Below the pieces are notes generated by a model. It did no database searches, had not been told where the DNA came from, and saw only the letters and a list, made by a program, of their open reading frames with translations. Of a stretch of 64,000 nucleotides of DNA, positions 30,015 to 40,385 are shown piece by piece (the stretch's first letter is position 1; every line of letters starts with the position of its first letter). The stretch comes from Cyanobacteria bacterium J06626_4 (GTDB lineage Bacteria > Cyanobacteriota > Cyanobacteriia > Phormidesmidales > Phormidesmidaceae): contig JBCBJQ010000002.1 of the NCBI GenBank assembly GCA_038523235.1, positions 1-64,000 of the forward strand, written 5' to 3'. The position numbers and the translations under genes were made by a program.

Positions 30015-33000
30015 CTACGCAAACACGCTGCTGTCGAGCCCCGTCACACCCTGCACGACGCCGATAAGCTCGTTGCTGGCGGTGAGCACCAGGGTGTCGC
30101 TGCTCAGCTCAAAGAACTTGACGCCCTCAGAAGTCAGCCCGCCCAGGCTAATCTGGTCAGTGCCCACCTCGAAGTCGGTGATGGTGTCCACGCCTTGGGC
30201 AATGGCAAAGGTGAACTGATCGGCCCCTGCACCACCGGTGTAAATGTCGTCGCCGAGGAGGCCGTCAATCACGTCATCGCCGTCGGTGCCGGTGAGCAGG
30301 TCAGCGCCATCAGTGCCGGTGAGGTCGCCGCCCGTGCCGCCGCCTTCAGTGAGGGTGGCGGTGAGTTCATATTCGCCGAAGAACACGCCTACCTCTGGGA
30401 AGGTCCAGCCGCTACCGCTGAACTCTAGGTTGGGGTCGTAGTTACGATTGCCCAATGCACTCACACCTACGTAATAGGTGCCTGCCGTTTCGGCAGTGAA
30501 CTCAATAAACGGATCGCGAGAGAAGTCTTCGCCAGGGGCTGCACCGTCATTATTGGCAGCCAGCTCGTTACCGTCTGCATCAAACAAGCGCAGTTCGGTA
30601 TCGACAGTCTGAGGGATATCTTCTAGTGCAGGGAAAATTAAAGCTGCTGGAGGGAGACCAAAATCTTCTAGGAGGAACTCATCCGTTGTCTCACTGCCAT
30701 CAATATCTAACGCAACGGTCTGCCCTGCTGCCAAGGTGAACGAGTAGAAGTCGACATCTTCGGCATAGCCTAACCAGACGAAACCAAATCCTTCTTCAAG
30801 CCCGGTTAACCCTCCACCAATCGATACCACAGGGTTATCCGCGCTCAAACCGAGAGCATTGGCCTCAGATAGAATGCTATTGCCCTCAACTTCCTTTGGC
30901 GCGCTAGTCTGTCCGGGCGTATCCACAAGAGAAAAGGTGACCTCAGCTACGACTTCAGCGGTTTCGTAGCCGTCACCGGGTTCCACTGTAAACGTGGCTG
31001 TTTCGCTTTCCTCATCGATGCCATCGTTCAGAATCGACAAGCCCACCGTGGCTTCCCGTTCGGTGACGGTGACATCAAACCCGTCGTCTCGCACAGCAGC
31101 AATTGTGCCACCGTCTACCTCAAGAGCCTCAGTGTCAAAATCAGCGAGCCCATCGGTGCTGATGCTAACCGTTAAGCCTTCCGCTGGCGGTGGCGCACCC
31201 AGGCTCAGGCTGAGCGTGCCAACGGTGCCTTCGGACTCAATCAGCGTATCTCCAGACGCAGTGGGCGTGACAAAAATCTGGGAGTCGGGATTATCTAAAA
31301 TCGTCAGGTTGACTTCGCTGGCATCAGGGGCAATGGTGTAGCCGGGTTGCGGCTGTAGAGCAAAGGTCAGATCGACAATGCCCTCTTGAAACGTGTCTGG
31401 CGGCAAATCCGTATCGATTGACAACTCGTCAAAGACTGCCAGAGTAATGGTGGCCGTTTGTTCGGTGATGTTGAAGAAAAAGCCTGAGCGATCGCCGTCA
31501 GCAATCGGAAAATTACCGCCAACCACCTCGGCGTTCAGCACATCAAACTGACTCAGCGGGCTGCCAACAACAGTATCGTCTTCACTGTCCAGCAGCACCG
31601 TCAAGCCTTCTGCTGGGGGTGGTTCAGACAGGTTAAAGGTCAGCGTTGTTTCAGTGCCTTCCGTTTCAATCAGCGTTGACTCGCTAATGCTAACACTCAC
31701 TTCAGGACCGGTATTCCCGCTCCCTCCAGAGGCAGGGACATCCTCTAACGAATCGTAGTAAGTTACCTCTGTTGTCCCAGCATCGGGGGCAATTTCGTAG
31801 CCCTCGCCTGGCTGTAGAAAGAAGGTAACCTCCTCGGCTCCGTCGGTTTCTAGAGGCTCATACACATTATCTAGAAAAGGTCTTATCCCCAAAAAATCAA
31901 TTGAACCAGCAGCCCGATTGGCCGCTTCCAGGGTGACAGTCATTGTCGGCTGTTCAATGCGGAGCAGAATCCCGGTGGGAATCCCGTCTTCGTCGTAAAA
32001 CGCGCCTACATATTGTCCACCGATAGTGGTAGGAAGGTTGTCTTGTTGAATAAATGAGACATAGTCAAACAGATTGGCATCGCTATTGAGGACAAACTCA
32101 ATGCCCCCTTCAGGGATTTCGCCTTCAGCTCGAATCGTGAAGTTGACTCTAGAAACGCCATCTTCAACAAACTCTACGACTCCCGGAATCAGATTTCCCT
32201 CGCTATCTTCAGTAGTGGGATTAGCCTCTAAAGAGAGGGTTGGTGGATTAGTAACGTTAGGGTTGCTGACCGGAGGTGTCGGTGTCCCTGTTTTACGAGG
32301 ATTGTCAGGCGTTAGTAAATCAATCTCAAGTTCATAGTTGCCAAAGGCAATTCTATTTTCTTCGCCTAAACCTGGACTTTCAATACTGTACGAGGAGTCT
32401 GCTCCAGCGTAACCGAGTGCCGAAGAGGAGAGACCAGAAACCCCAACGTAGTAGAGTCCATCTTCAGGGGCGGTAAATTCTAGATAGCTTGCTGTTTCAT
32501 CAAAATTAACCGTACCATCTTCATTGAATGCGCCGACAAATCCATTAGCCGTACCAAATAGCTTGTCAGGAGCAGCAGGCGAAACCTCACTAGGAGCAGC
32601 AACCAGTCGGTTACCATCAGCGTCAAAGGCTGCCAAACCTGATAAAAAACCAAGGTTGAATAATTCTAGATTGCCTTCAACCTGAAAAAGTTCAACGGCA
32701 ACGGTATCTCCTGCAGTCAAATCTACCTGATACAGATCCACGTCCTCGCTATAGGCGAGATAGGTGTAGGTGCCGTCAGCATTGAGGTACCTGTTTCCAA
32801 TATCAAAGTAGATAGAACTAGCAGTAGAAAAGGAAGGGGTTTCAGAGGTGATTTCCGTATCAACTGCAACGCCAGCGATGTCGTTAGGCTCGGTGACAAC
32901 GCTAAATGGAATATCTTCTCTTGCATCGACTAGGTTAAACGTGCCGCTGCTGTAGTCGGAGATGATTTCGTAGCCCTCTCCCGCAGCCAGGCTAAAGCTT

Positions 33001-33287
33001 GCTGTTTCGCCTACTTCAGTTTCGCCATCAGCCGTGATAGGCAGATTCACCAACGTGGTGTATTCCGTCATCCGCAGGTCAAAGCCACCGTCGCGCACCG
33101 CGACGATTTCGCCGCCTTCGACGGAAACGCCCGTCAGGTCAAACTCGCTCAGGTTGGGGGCATCGACCGAGACGATCAGACCGCCTTCGGGAATGATACC
33201 GTTGGTGGCGAGAAAAGCGTGGGCCGAAACGGTGCCTTCGGCTTCAACTAGATAGTCGGGGCCAGTGAACAGACTAACTTGGATCAT
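30015..33287 (-). CDS. Secreted PPC/Calx-beta-like protein with RTX tail (G5)
   Basis: Paralog of G3; start MIQVSLFTGPDYL with GGGAG upstream. Confidence 0.85.
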   Translation of the reverse strand: MIQVSLFTGPDYLVEAEGTVSAHAFLATNGIIPEGGLIVSVDAPNLSEFDLTGVSVEGGEIVAVRDGGFDLRMTEYTTLVNLPITADGETEVGETASFSLAAGEGYEIISDYSSGTFNLVDAREDIPFSVVTEPNDIAGVAVDTEITSETPSFSTASSIYFDIGNRYLNADGTYTYLAYSEDVDLYQVDLTAGDTVAVELFQVEGNLELFNLGFLSGLAAFDADGNRLVAAPSEVSPAAPDKLFGTANGFVGAFNEDGTVNFDETASYLEFTAPEDGLYYVGVSGLSSSALGYAGADSSYSIESPGLGEENRIAFGNYELEIDLLTPDNPRKTGTPTPPVSNPNVTNPPTLSLEANPTTEDSEGNLIPGVVEFVEDGVSRVNFTIRAEGEIPEGGIEFVLNSDANLFDYVSFIQQDNLPTTIGGQYVGAFYDEDGIPTGILLRIEQPTMTVTLEAANRAAGSIDFLGIRPFLDNVYEPLETDGAEEVTFFLQPGEGYEIAPDAGTTEVTYYDSLEDVPASGGSGNTGPEVSVSISESTLIETEGTETTLTFNLSEPPPAEGLTVLLDSEDDTVVGSPLSQFDVLNAEVVGGNFPIADGDRSGFFFNITEQTATITLAVFDELSIDTDLPPDTFQEGIVDLTFALQPQPGYTIAPDASEVNLTILDNPDSQIFVTPTASGDTLIESEGTVGTLSLSLGAPPPAEGLTVSISTDGLADFDTEALEVDGGTIAAVRDDGFDVTVTEREATVGLSILNDGIDEESETATFTVEPGDGYETAEVVAEVTFSLVDTPGQTSAPKEVEGNSILSEANALGLSADNPVVSIGGGLTGLEEGFGFVWLGYAEDVDFYSFTLAAGQTVALDIDGSETTDEFLLEDFGLPPAALIFPALEDIPQTVDTELRLFDADGNELAANNDGAAPGEDFSRDPFIEFTAETAGTYYVGVSALGNRNYDPNLEFSGSGWTFPEVGVFFGEYELTATLTEGGGTGGDLTGTDGADLLTGTDGDDVIDGLLGDDIYTGGAGADQFTFAIAQGVDTITDFEVGTDQISLGGLTSEGVKFFELSSDTLVLTASNELIGVVQGVTGLDSSVFA

Positions 33288-33557
33288 GATTCTGAATTTT
33301 CTCCCTGGGTGATTTTCAGATTTATTACGGTCGGTAGTAGCAAACGGGTCGAAGGACGCAAGCGTAAGTCGCACCAGCTCAGGAAGCTAGTGCGGAATAT
33401 GGCTATTTGATCGCAGCGTCTATGGAGGTCGTCTAATTGGCGACGTTAAAAGCTAGAAAGCTCTCTGAGCGCACGCAAAGCAAAGAAGTTGCAAAAGGCA
33501 CAGAGAGATTTCGCTAGAAAGGCTATGCGGTGGATGGCAAAACCTTGATGAGGCTAT

Positions 33558-33572
33558 TGAGAATGAAACTCA
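33558..33572. promoter_or_regulatory. Fur-like box in the divergent G5/AraC promoter
   Basis: TGAGAATGAAACTCA. Confidence 0.6.
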
Positions 33573-34109
33573 GTAATCACACTGAAAGAACCGTACAACG
33601 GATCGCCAACCGCAAGGAGCGAAATGCCGTTTCGAGAACGAAAAACACCGTCCCGGAAAAAAATTGAAGTTCAGTCAGCAATTTTTAGCTCTTCTAACAC
33701 TTAGCGGCAGGGCATTCGTCCCTCAAATCGCGAAGGTAAGAATTTAGCCAGTGTCTGGGGTGGAGCAAGCGTGAAAGTCGTTACTGGGTCGTACCTTAGA
33801 GTAGGTCGTAGGGACCAGGAGCGTTTTGAGCGAGGAAGGTACCCAGCCTGGGAGCGGGAGGCTCGTGCCCAGTCCGTGCGGCGCTTAATCGATGGCGAGG
33901 GACGCTACGCAGGCGGTCATCAAAATTGGGGGCACTCAAGGTCGCCCGCATCGGGAATGGCGGCGGGAGGATCCTTTCGCCGTTATGAGTACAGTTCCAG
34001 AAGGCATGCCAATATTCGCGGGCAATATAGCGCCTACTGTTGCCGCAGGGTCACGTAAGATAGTGCTTAACCTAAAAAGCCTTCCTAGCTGCTATTTACT
34101 GCCAATATC

Positions 34110-35123
34110 GTGACTATCTCCCTGACTTGGCCCAAGTACCTTGAGCATTTCCAAAGATCGGATAAAGAGGAAACGCATTTCGATTTTGACGATAGGCAAG
34201 ATAAGACCATACAGTGCGCGGAGCAATTTGTTGAGGGATGGATGCAGTCAATTTGGTTGCGCGAGGGATTTTATCTGCTTTTTGAAAAAATACAAACTCA
34301 AGACCGACTTTTATTAGATTTTCGTGAAAGGGTGATGCCGTTGACATGGCATTTTATCCTTACTGGAAAACAGAAAACTGTAGATTTTAGTTCTTCCCGA
34401 GAAGCTAGTACCTCAATTAACAAAGGAAATTTTTTTCTTCATGGTAGAGGTATTCTTGACCACAATACCGAGGATTTCACAAATGTGGGACCCTTCTTTT
34501 CTGTTACGATCCAGGTTTATGCAAGAGTGCTGCGTTCCTTCGTCAGCGATCCATCAGGAGAATTTCCACAAGAACTCAAGCATTTGCTTAGACCAGTTGA
34601 GAGACCTTGCTACAAGCGGGCTGGTAAAACATCCCCGATGATGTATGCCTTGCTGCAGCAGATCCTCCAGTGCCCTTATGCAGGGCTGACCAAACGGATG
34701 TATTTAGAAAGCAAGGCGATAGAGCTGCTGGCACTGCTAATGGAAGAAGAAGCCATTATTCATCGGGATAAGGCTCAGGCTGATTTGCCCAGTCTTGATC
34801 GTCGCGGTCGCATCCAATACGCTCAAGAAATCTTGATGAACAACCTCACCAACCCACCGTCACTAATGGAATTAGCGCGTCAGGTCGGGCTGTGTGACTG
34901 TAATCTTAAGCGGGGCTTCAAAGAGACGTTTGGCACCAGCGTATTTGGCTATTTGCGCGATCGGCGTTTAGAGAAAGCCCAGCTGCTGCTGTTAGAGCCC
35001 TGGATGACGGTGACCGAGGCAGCGCGTATCGTCGGTTATGAGAGCCGCTCTGCATTTACCATTGCCTTCAAACAAAGGTACGGCATGAGTCCAAAGGCTT
35101 ATAAAATGTCAACTCGAAAGTAG
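34110..35123 (+). CDS. AraC-family regulator (PchR-like), divergent from G5
   Basis: Close paralog of 19578..20591. Confidence 0.92.
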   Translation: MTISLTWPKYLEHFQRSDKEETHFDFDDRQDKTIQCAEQFVEGWMQSIWLREGFYLLFEKIQTQDRLLLDFRERVMPLTWHFILTGKQKTVDFSSSREASTSINKGNFFLHGRGILDHNTEDFTNVGPFFSVTIQVYARVLRSFVSDPSGEFPQELKHLLRPVERPCYKRAGKTSPMMYALLQQILQCPYAGLTKRMYLESKAIELLALLMEEEAIIHRDKAQADLPSLDRRGRIQYAQEILMNNLTNPPSLMELARQVGLCDCNLKRGFKETFGTSVFGYLRDRRLEKAQLLLLEPWMTVTEAARIVGYESRSAFTIAFKQRYGMSPKAYKMSTRK

Positions 35124-35238
35124 TAATACCTCGACCCCGTTCAGCTTACGGCTCAACTTTTGCAAAATTTGCAAGTTTGACCCTAACCCAATCTGGAGAG
35201 AGCGGCGATCGCTGACGGTCTTGGTTGGGCTGGCAGGG

Positions 35239-35270
35239 GCGATCGCAGAGCCACTCCTTTGGTGTATCGC
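35239..35270. repeat. HIP1-split SDR-like repeat, copy 5
   Basis: GCGATCGCAGAGCCACTCCTTTGGTGTATCGC. Confidence 0.65.
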
Positions 35271-35294
35271 GCCCCACTATGCAGTCGGAGCCGC

Positions 35295-35355
35295 AAAAAA
35301 ATCCGACTGACTCAAGTGAGCACAGCCGGAGCAAATGGTACAAGTTAGTCTGAGG
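35295..35355 (-). terminator. 3'UTR element E6 (anti-start plus terminator)
   Basis: AAAAAAATCCGACTG..CAGCCGGAGCAA-ATGGTACAAGTTAGTCTGAGG; downstream of G6. Confidence 0.8.
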
Positions 35356-35528
35356 GCGTCATCCACTCCCGGCCTTCCCCTGCCCTCCCTGGAAAAGGCC
35401 GATTACTGGTGGTAGGTAACAGAGCGTTAGGTCAGTGGAAGAGTAGGGAGTGGAGAAGTTCTGCTGTCCTCCGGGAAACCGCGATCGTGTATATCCCCAT
35501 CACCCCATCACCCCATCACCCACTCTCC

Positions 35529-38249
35529 CTACACAAAGACGCTATTGTCGAGCCCCGTCACGCCCTGCACGACGCCAATCAGCTCGTTGCTGGCGGTGAG
35601 CAACAGGGTGTCGCTGCTCAGCTCAAAGAACTTGACGCCCTCGGGAGTGAGGCCGCCGAGGCTAATCTGGTCTACGCCCACCTCAAAGTCGGTGATGGTG
35701 TCGACGCCCTGAGCCAGGCCCAAGACAAACTGGTCGGCTCCCGCCCCGCCCGTGTAAGTATCATCACCGGCCAAACCATCGAGCACCTCATCACCGTCAG
35801 TGCCCGTGAGAGTGTCAGCGCCGTCAGTGCCCACCAGCGTTTCACCCGGCTCGGAGGATAGTGCAGAAAAGGTCACCTGATAGGCATCGGGTTCAGCAAC
35901 GCCCTCAATTATCCAGCCGCTGCCGCTGCCGAACACAGTCGGGTTATAGTCGTCGTTGCCTAAAACGCTGATACCGGCGTAGTAGGTGCCGGCGGTTTCA
36001 GCAGTAAAGGTCAGCACGGCCTCACCCTCACCGGGGATTATTTCCTCCAGGGTATCTACCTGACCTACAGAGTCGAGTTCCCCACCGTTAGCATCGAAAA
36101 TCCGCAGCACGGGCTGGAGCAAAGACTCAGAACCGTCGGGGGCGATCGCATCTACGTCAATCGTAATGGACTCCCCTGCCGCTAGCTCAAAGGAGTAGAG
36201 ATCCACATCTTCAGAAAAGTCGAGGAGGGGAGTGATGCCCGAAAAATCATAGACATAGTTGGCGGCACCAGCAATGACAATCGGATTCTCTGGGGATGGA
36301 TCAATGGCGATCGCAGTTTCTAGCGAATCATTCACCTCGATTTCAAACGGCGACGGAGGAACCTCAGCAGGGGTATCGACAATTTGGAAGCTGCCAGACG
36401 CCGCCATCTGGTCGATTTGATAATCATCACTGGGATTGAGGGTAAAGGTGGCCGTTTCTATCCCCTCAGCCTCACCATCGTCCGCAACTGGCAAGCTAAT
36501 AGTGGCAACATCTTCAGTAACCGTAAAGACTAGCTGAGGGGGGAAACTCTCAGCAACGCTAATGTCGCCGGCAATGCCTGTAGTTTCAATACCGCTTAAA
36601 TCAAACTCATCCAGGCCTTCTGCCGTCACCGACACCCGTACCCCTTCTGGGGGCGGGGGTGCGCTCAAAGTAAAGGTGTGAACTGAAGCGGTTTGCTCTG
36701 ATTCCACCAAAACCGTCGGTTCGGTACTTAAACTGATCTGGGGCAACGAGTCAGCGGTATCGGCCAGCGTTACGGTTACGGCACTGGCAGCGGGGTCCAC
36801 TTGGTAGGCTGCGCTGCCTGCCAGACTCACCTGGAAGGCCTGCACCCCTTCTACTACCGCATCGGCAAATGCGGCAATGCTAATGGTGGCGGTTTGCTCT
36901 GTAATATTGAAATAAAAGCCGCTGGAGGCGAAATCAGGTATGGGAAATGCGCCGCCGGTGATGTCGGCGTTAAACACATCAAACTGGCCCAATAGCCCAA
37001 AGGTTTGTCCGAATCCGTCAGGTATACCCGCCGTTTGCGCTGCCAGATTCACGTAAACCAATACGCCATCGGAGGGAGGCGGCTCGCTGAGAGTAAAGGT
37101 CAAGGTGGCCTGGTTGCCATCGGCTTCAACCAATGCCCCATTTTCCACTGATAGCCCTACGGTTAACCCGTCTACAGTGGCGGTAGGTACGTCTGCAACC
37201 GTGTCGTAAACCGTAATCGTGGATGTGCCAGCAGTGGAGCTGATGTTGGCATCACCGCTTTCTAAGGTAAAGGTGATTTGCTCAGGGCCATCGGTCTCTG
37301 GAACGGGCTTGTCAAACAGATTGATATTAAACAGCGCCGTATTTTCAGTTACGTTGAGGCGAATACCGGAGGGATTCCCATCGGCATCCAACACTGGCCC
37401 CAAAGTTTCTGCACCCCGGACAAAGGGATCGACGGTAAATAGGTAATCCGCTAAATTAACATCCGAATTGATAACGACCTCAACCCCCTCGGCGGGAATA
37501 TCCCCTTCGGTGTTTAAGGCAAGGGTCAGGGCTGCTCCACCCACACCAAACAAGGGATCTAACCCCTGATCGTTGACGGTTTCCACCAAGACTGGGGCGA
37601 TAATGCTGCCGTCTACGTTGTAAGTACCCGTAATGGCTTGCAGAGAAACGGTGGGAGCATCAGCGGGTGGAGCGCCCACGGTAGGCGGTTCAGGCGGCTC
37701 GACAATCGGAGTGGCATCGTTCACCAGCTCTAAGTTCAATGCGTAGTCGCCAAAGCTGTTTAAGCCAAATTGCTCAAAGGTGACGCCGCTGCTTGATCCG
37801 GCGATAAAAGGATCGTAAGCATTGTTAGCGAAAAAGGTGTCCGCATTTAAATAGGCGCTCACCCCCGCATAGTAGGTGCCGGCCTCAGCCACCGTGTATT
37901 CAATGTAGGGAAGCAAAGACGTAAATGCATCCTCAGGGCCAGGATTGGTGAAGCTCCCTTGGGCAATGTTGTTGCCCTCGCTGTCAAACAAGATCAGCTC
38001 AGCGGCGTCGATGGGTTTAACATCACCAGATGGATCGAGGTCCAATATGATGGTGTCGCCTGCCGCCAGCTCAAACCTGTAGAGGTCGACATCTTCGGTG
38101 GCATCGACATCGCGATTGTTGTCAAAGTCAAAGTTAATGGAGCCAGTGGCGATCGCTTTAGGCGTATCGATTGATAAGGCAACCGGGTTGGCAGTGCCTA
38201 GCGTATCGTTAGACTCTGCTTCAATGAGCTGCAAATAGCTACTATTCAT
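35529..38249 (-). CDS. Secreted PPC/Calx-beta-like protein with RTX tail (G6, 906 aa)
   Basis: Colinear with the N-terminal ~800 aa of G2 (SINFDFDNNRDVDA.EDVDLY) but lacks the TIGR03118-like domain. Confidence 0.85.
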   Translation of the reverse strand: MNSSYLQLIEAESNDTLGTANPVALSIDTPKAIATGSINFDFDNNRDVDATEDVDLYRFELAAGDTIILDLDPSGDVKPIDAAELILFDSEGNNIAQGSFTNPGPEDAFTSLLPYIEYTVAEAGTYYAGVSAYLNADTFFANNAYDPFIAGSSSGVTFEQFGLNSFGDYALNLELVNDATPIVEPPEPPTVGAPPADAPTVSLQAITGTYNVDGSIIAPVLVETVNDQGLDPLFGVGGAALTLALNTEGDIPAEGVEVVINSDVNLADYLFTVDPFVRGAETLGPVLDADGNPSGIRLNVTENTALFNINLFDKPVPETDGPEQITFTLESGDANISSTAGTSTITVYDTVADVPTATVDGLTVGLSVENGALVEADGNQATLTFTLSEPPPSDGVLVYVNLAAQTAGIPDGFGQTFGLLGQFDVFNADITGGAFPIPDFASSGFYFNITEQTATISIAAFADAVVEGVQAFQVSLAGSAAYQVDPAASAVTVTLADTADSLPQISLSTEPTVLVESEQTASVHTFTLSAPPPPEGVRVSVTAEGLDEFDLSGIETTGIAGDISVAESFPPQLVFTVTEDVATISLPVADDGEAEGIETATFTLNPSDDYQIDQMAASGSFQIVDTPAEVPPSPFEIEVNDSLETAIAIDPSPENPIVIAGAANYVYDFSGITPLLDFSEDVDLYSFELAAGESITIDVDAIAPDGSESLLQPVLRIFDANGGELDSVGQVDTLEEIIPGEGEAVLTFTAETAGTYYAGISVLGNDDYNPTVFGSGSGWIIEGVAEPDAYQVTFSALSSEPGETLVGTDGADTLTGTDGDEVLDGLAGDDTYTGGAGADQFVLGLAQGVDTITDFEVGVDQISLGGLTPEGVKFFELSSDTLLLTASNELIGVVQGVTGLDNSVFV

Positions 38250-38706
38250 GGTCCTGAGTTGTAAGGTTGAATGGATTTAAAGCCTGGTTTCTACTGCGGT
38301 CTATCCGCTCCAATGCGGTATAAGTCGAGACCTCAGTGGCTGAAACATGCTGAACTCTATCGTGATTGCCCCATCCGCGTGATCACTGGAGCCACAAATT
38401 TTGATCACTCAAGCTACGAGTCGCGGCTAATTATTGCTGGTTTTGACTCTGCTTAAATCGCTAATTTTCTAGTTTTTTGGTATTCAGAGCGGAGTGTCGC
38501 TACAACTCTGAGTAAACAAATTTATATACGCCCCTCATTAGCAATTAGATTGCTTACGATCGAGATCATATTGAAAAACTTAAGTCGTATTCTTGCCAGG
38601 TTGGGATGAGTCGTTACATTGCTTTTGCCCATCGCTGAAGATTACTGGCGATGCTCATATTCGCCTCAGCCGCAACAGGTCATCTCAGCAAAAGGATGAA
38701 GTCATC

Positions 38707-39162
38707 ATGGTTGCAATAACACTTGTAGCGGGGGCAATTGCTTCGTTAGTTATGACGACTCTGGTGTTACTTTCCTGGCGCTTTACACCGCAGGTCTGGT
38801 TGGCAGACATAACCGAAGGTAGGCTCAAACCGCCGCTAAAAATTGCGATTCCGGTTACGCTTGCCATAGCAGCAGTGATACTAGGTGGCGCGATCGCCCC
38901 CGCATGGTATCTGGCAGCGGTAGACGAGGCGAACTTTTTTCAACGATTCCTGGTGGCTTGGGGGGTGACCCTCTTTATTAACGTCGTTGATTTAGTCATC
39001 ATCGACTGGCTGATCTACGTCAAAATTTATCCAACATGGATGCGTTTAGAGGGCATCGAGAAGCTGGAAGGCATGCGTCCGCATATTGACGGATTTTTTT
39101 CTGGTTTATGGATTGGTGCCGGTTTTGCCGCGATCGCCGCGTTAGTAACGATGCTAGTATGA
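38707..39162 (+). CDS. Small integral membrane protein (about 4 TM), unknown function
   Basis: Four hydrophobic stretches, NVVDLVIIDWLI; fills the gap between G6 and an AraC gene. Confidence 0.7.
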   Translation: MVAITLVAGAIASLVMTTLVLLSWRFTPQVWLADITEGRLKPPLKIAIPVTLAIAAVILGGAIAPAWYLAAVDEANFFQRFLVAWGVTLFINVVDLVIIDWLIYVKIYPTWMRLEGIEKLEGMRPHIDGFFSGLWIGAGFAAIAALVTMLV

Positions 39163-39176
39163 GAGCTGAACGGCGG

Positions 39177-40208
39177 TTATGTCTTACCAAATTGCTTCAT
39201 ATACGCTCTCGGGGTACTGCCAAACTTGCGCTTAAATGCTTTGGCAAAGTAGCCACGATGAGAAATGCCCACCATATCGGCGATCGCACCAACACTGATC
39301 TGGCCGGTTTCTAACAGTTGGCGAGCATATTCCATGCGATCGTTATGCAGAACGGCAAATACCGTCGTGCCAAATAGTTCTTGAAATCCTTTTTGGAGCT
39401 GGCGTTCGCTGAGCCCTACCCGCTTAGAGAGTTCTGCCAGGGTAGGCGGTGTCATCAGATTCTCTTTCAGAATTTCTCGACTTTCGTAGAGGCGTTCAAT
39501 TTCCTGATGTTCCTCAGGCTTCATTAAGGTCGATGCCTGCACACTGAGTGGACTAGAAAGTGGGCAAAACTGGCTAAAATAAAGGGCGATTAGTTCTAGA
39601 ACCTTGCCCTCTAAATAGACATCACGAATCTGTCCATGGTAAGGACAATGAATAATTTTATGTAAGATATGGGTCATTTCAGCCGAAGTATCACACAAAT
39701 GAATTGCATGTTCGGAAGCGCCCGACTGAATTGCCTGCCGTAAATTTTGCGGCAGTTCAGCCAACTCCTGCCCGATTAAACTCAGCACCAGAGCGGGCAT
39801 AATCGTAATCTCAACAAAGTGAATATGTTCGCCAGCTTTAAATTCAAGCGTCCCTGCCGCATAAGGACTCGTGTAAAAAGCCGCACCTCGGGATTGCATG
39901 GTGATTTCAGACGAAACGCTAGGAAAGGTGCTTCTAAATCTCCCGGAGAGACAAAAGGTTAAGGACGCGCAGGTGGTTTCTAAGGAAAAATTCTGAGCAT
40001 GTAAAAATAAATCGGTTTTAAGGACATACTCCTGTACATGCAAATCCAACCCTTCTCGCAACCGAATGCCTCGCAGGTATCCACGCCCTAAAAAAGCAGG
40101 AAACTTTAGGAGTACTTCATTCGATTCCAGCTTTAATTGACTATAAAGATCATCTTGTAAATCTGCGATCGCCTGTTGAATCTCTGTGAACGAAAGCTTC
40201 GTCTTCAT
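39177..40208 (-). CDS. AraC-family regulator (PchR-like)
   Basis: IIHCPYHG..R..YLEGK, PPTLAELS..VGLSER.LQ.GF..LFGTTVF. Confidence 0.92.
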   Translation of the reverse strand: MKTKLSFTEIQQAIADLQDDLYSQLKLESNEVLLKFPAFLGRGYLRGIRLREGLDLHVQEYVLKTDLFLHAQNFSLETTCASLTFCLSGRFRSTFPSVSSEITMQSRGAAFYTSPYAAGTLEFKAGEHIHFVEITIMPALVLSLIGQELAELPQNLRQAIQSGASEHAIHLCDTSAEMTHILHKIIHCPYHGQIRDVYLEGKVLELIALYFSQFCPLSSPLSVQASTLMKPEEHQEIERLYESREILKENLMTPPTLAELSKRVGLSERQLQKGFQELFGTTVFAVLHNDRMEYARQLLETGQISVGAIADMVGISHRGYFAKAFKRKFGSTPRAYMKQFGKT

Positions 40209-40385
40209 GTTATTTTCTCTCTCATCATCGCACCCCCATCACCCGGCTAAAACAGATTTTGCAGCTCCTATTACCCAGGGAATTCAAGATAGCCCAGACG
40301 TGAGAAAACTCATGGCAGAAAACGCGAGCATACTATGAGCACAAAGAAGCAGAGCGCGAAGCCGGGCAGAGATCCTGGATTCTAC

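Noticed and set aside
33771..34113. ORFs in the insert as a transposase remnant
   Set aside because: No recognisable transposase motifs, terminal inverted repeats or target-site duplication.
4081..35355. Dispersed repeats as a CRISPR array
   Set aside because: Copies are kilobases apart, there is no regular repeat-spacer structure and no cas genes are present.
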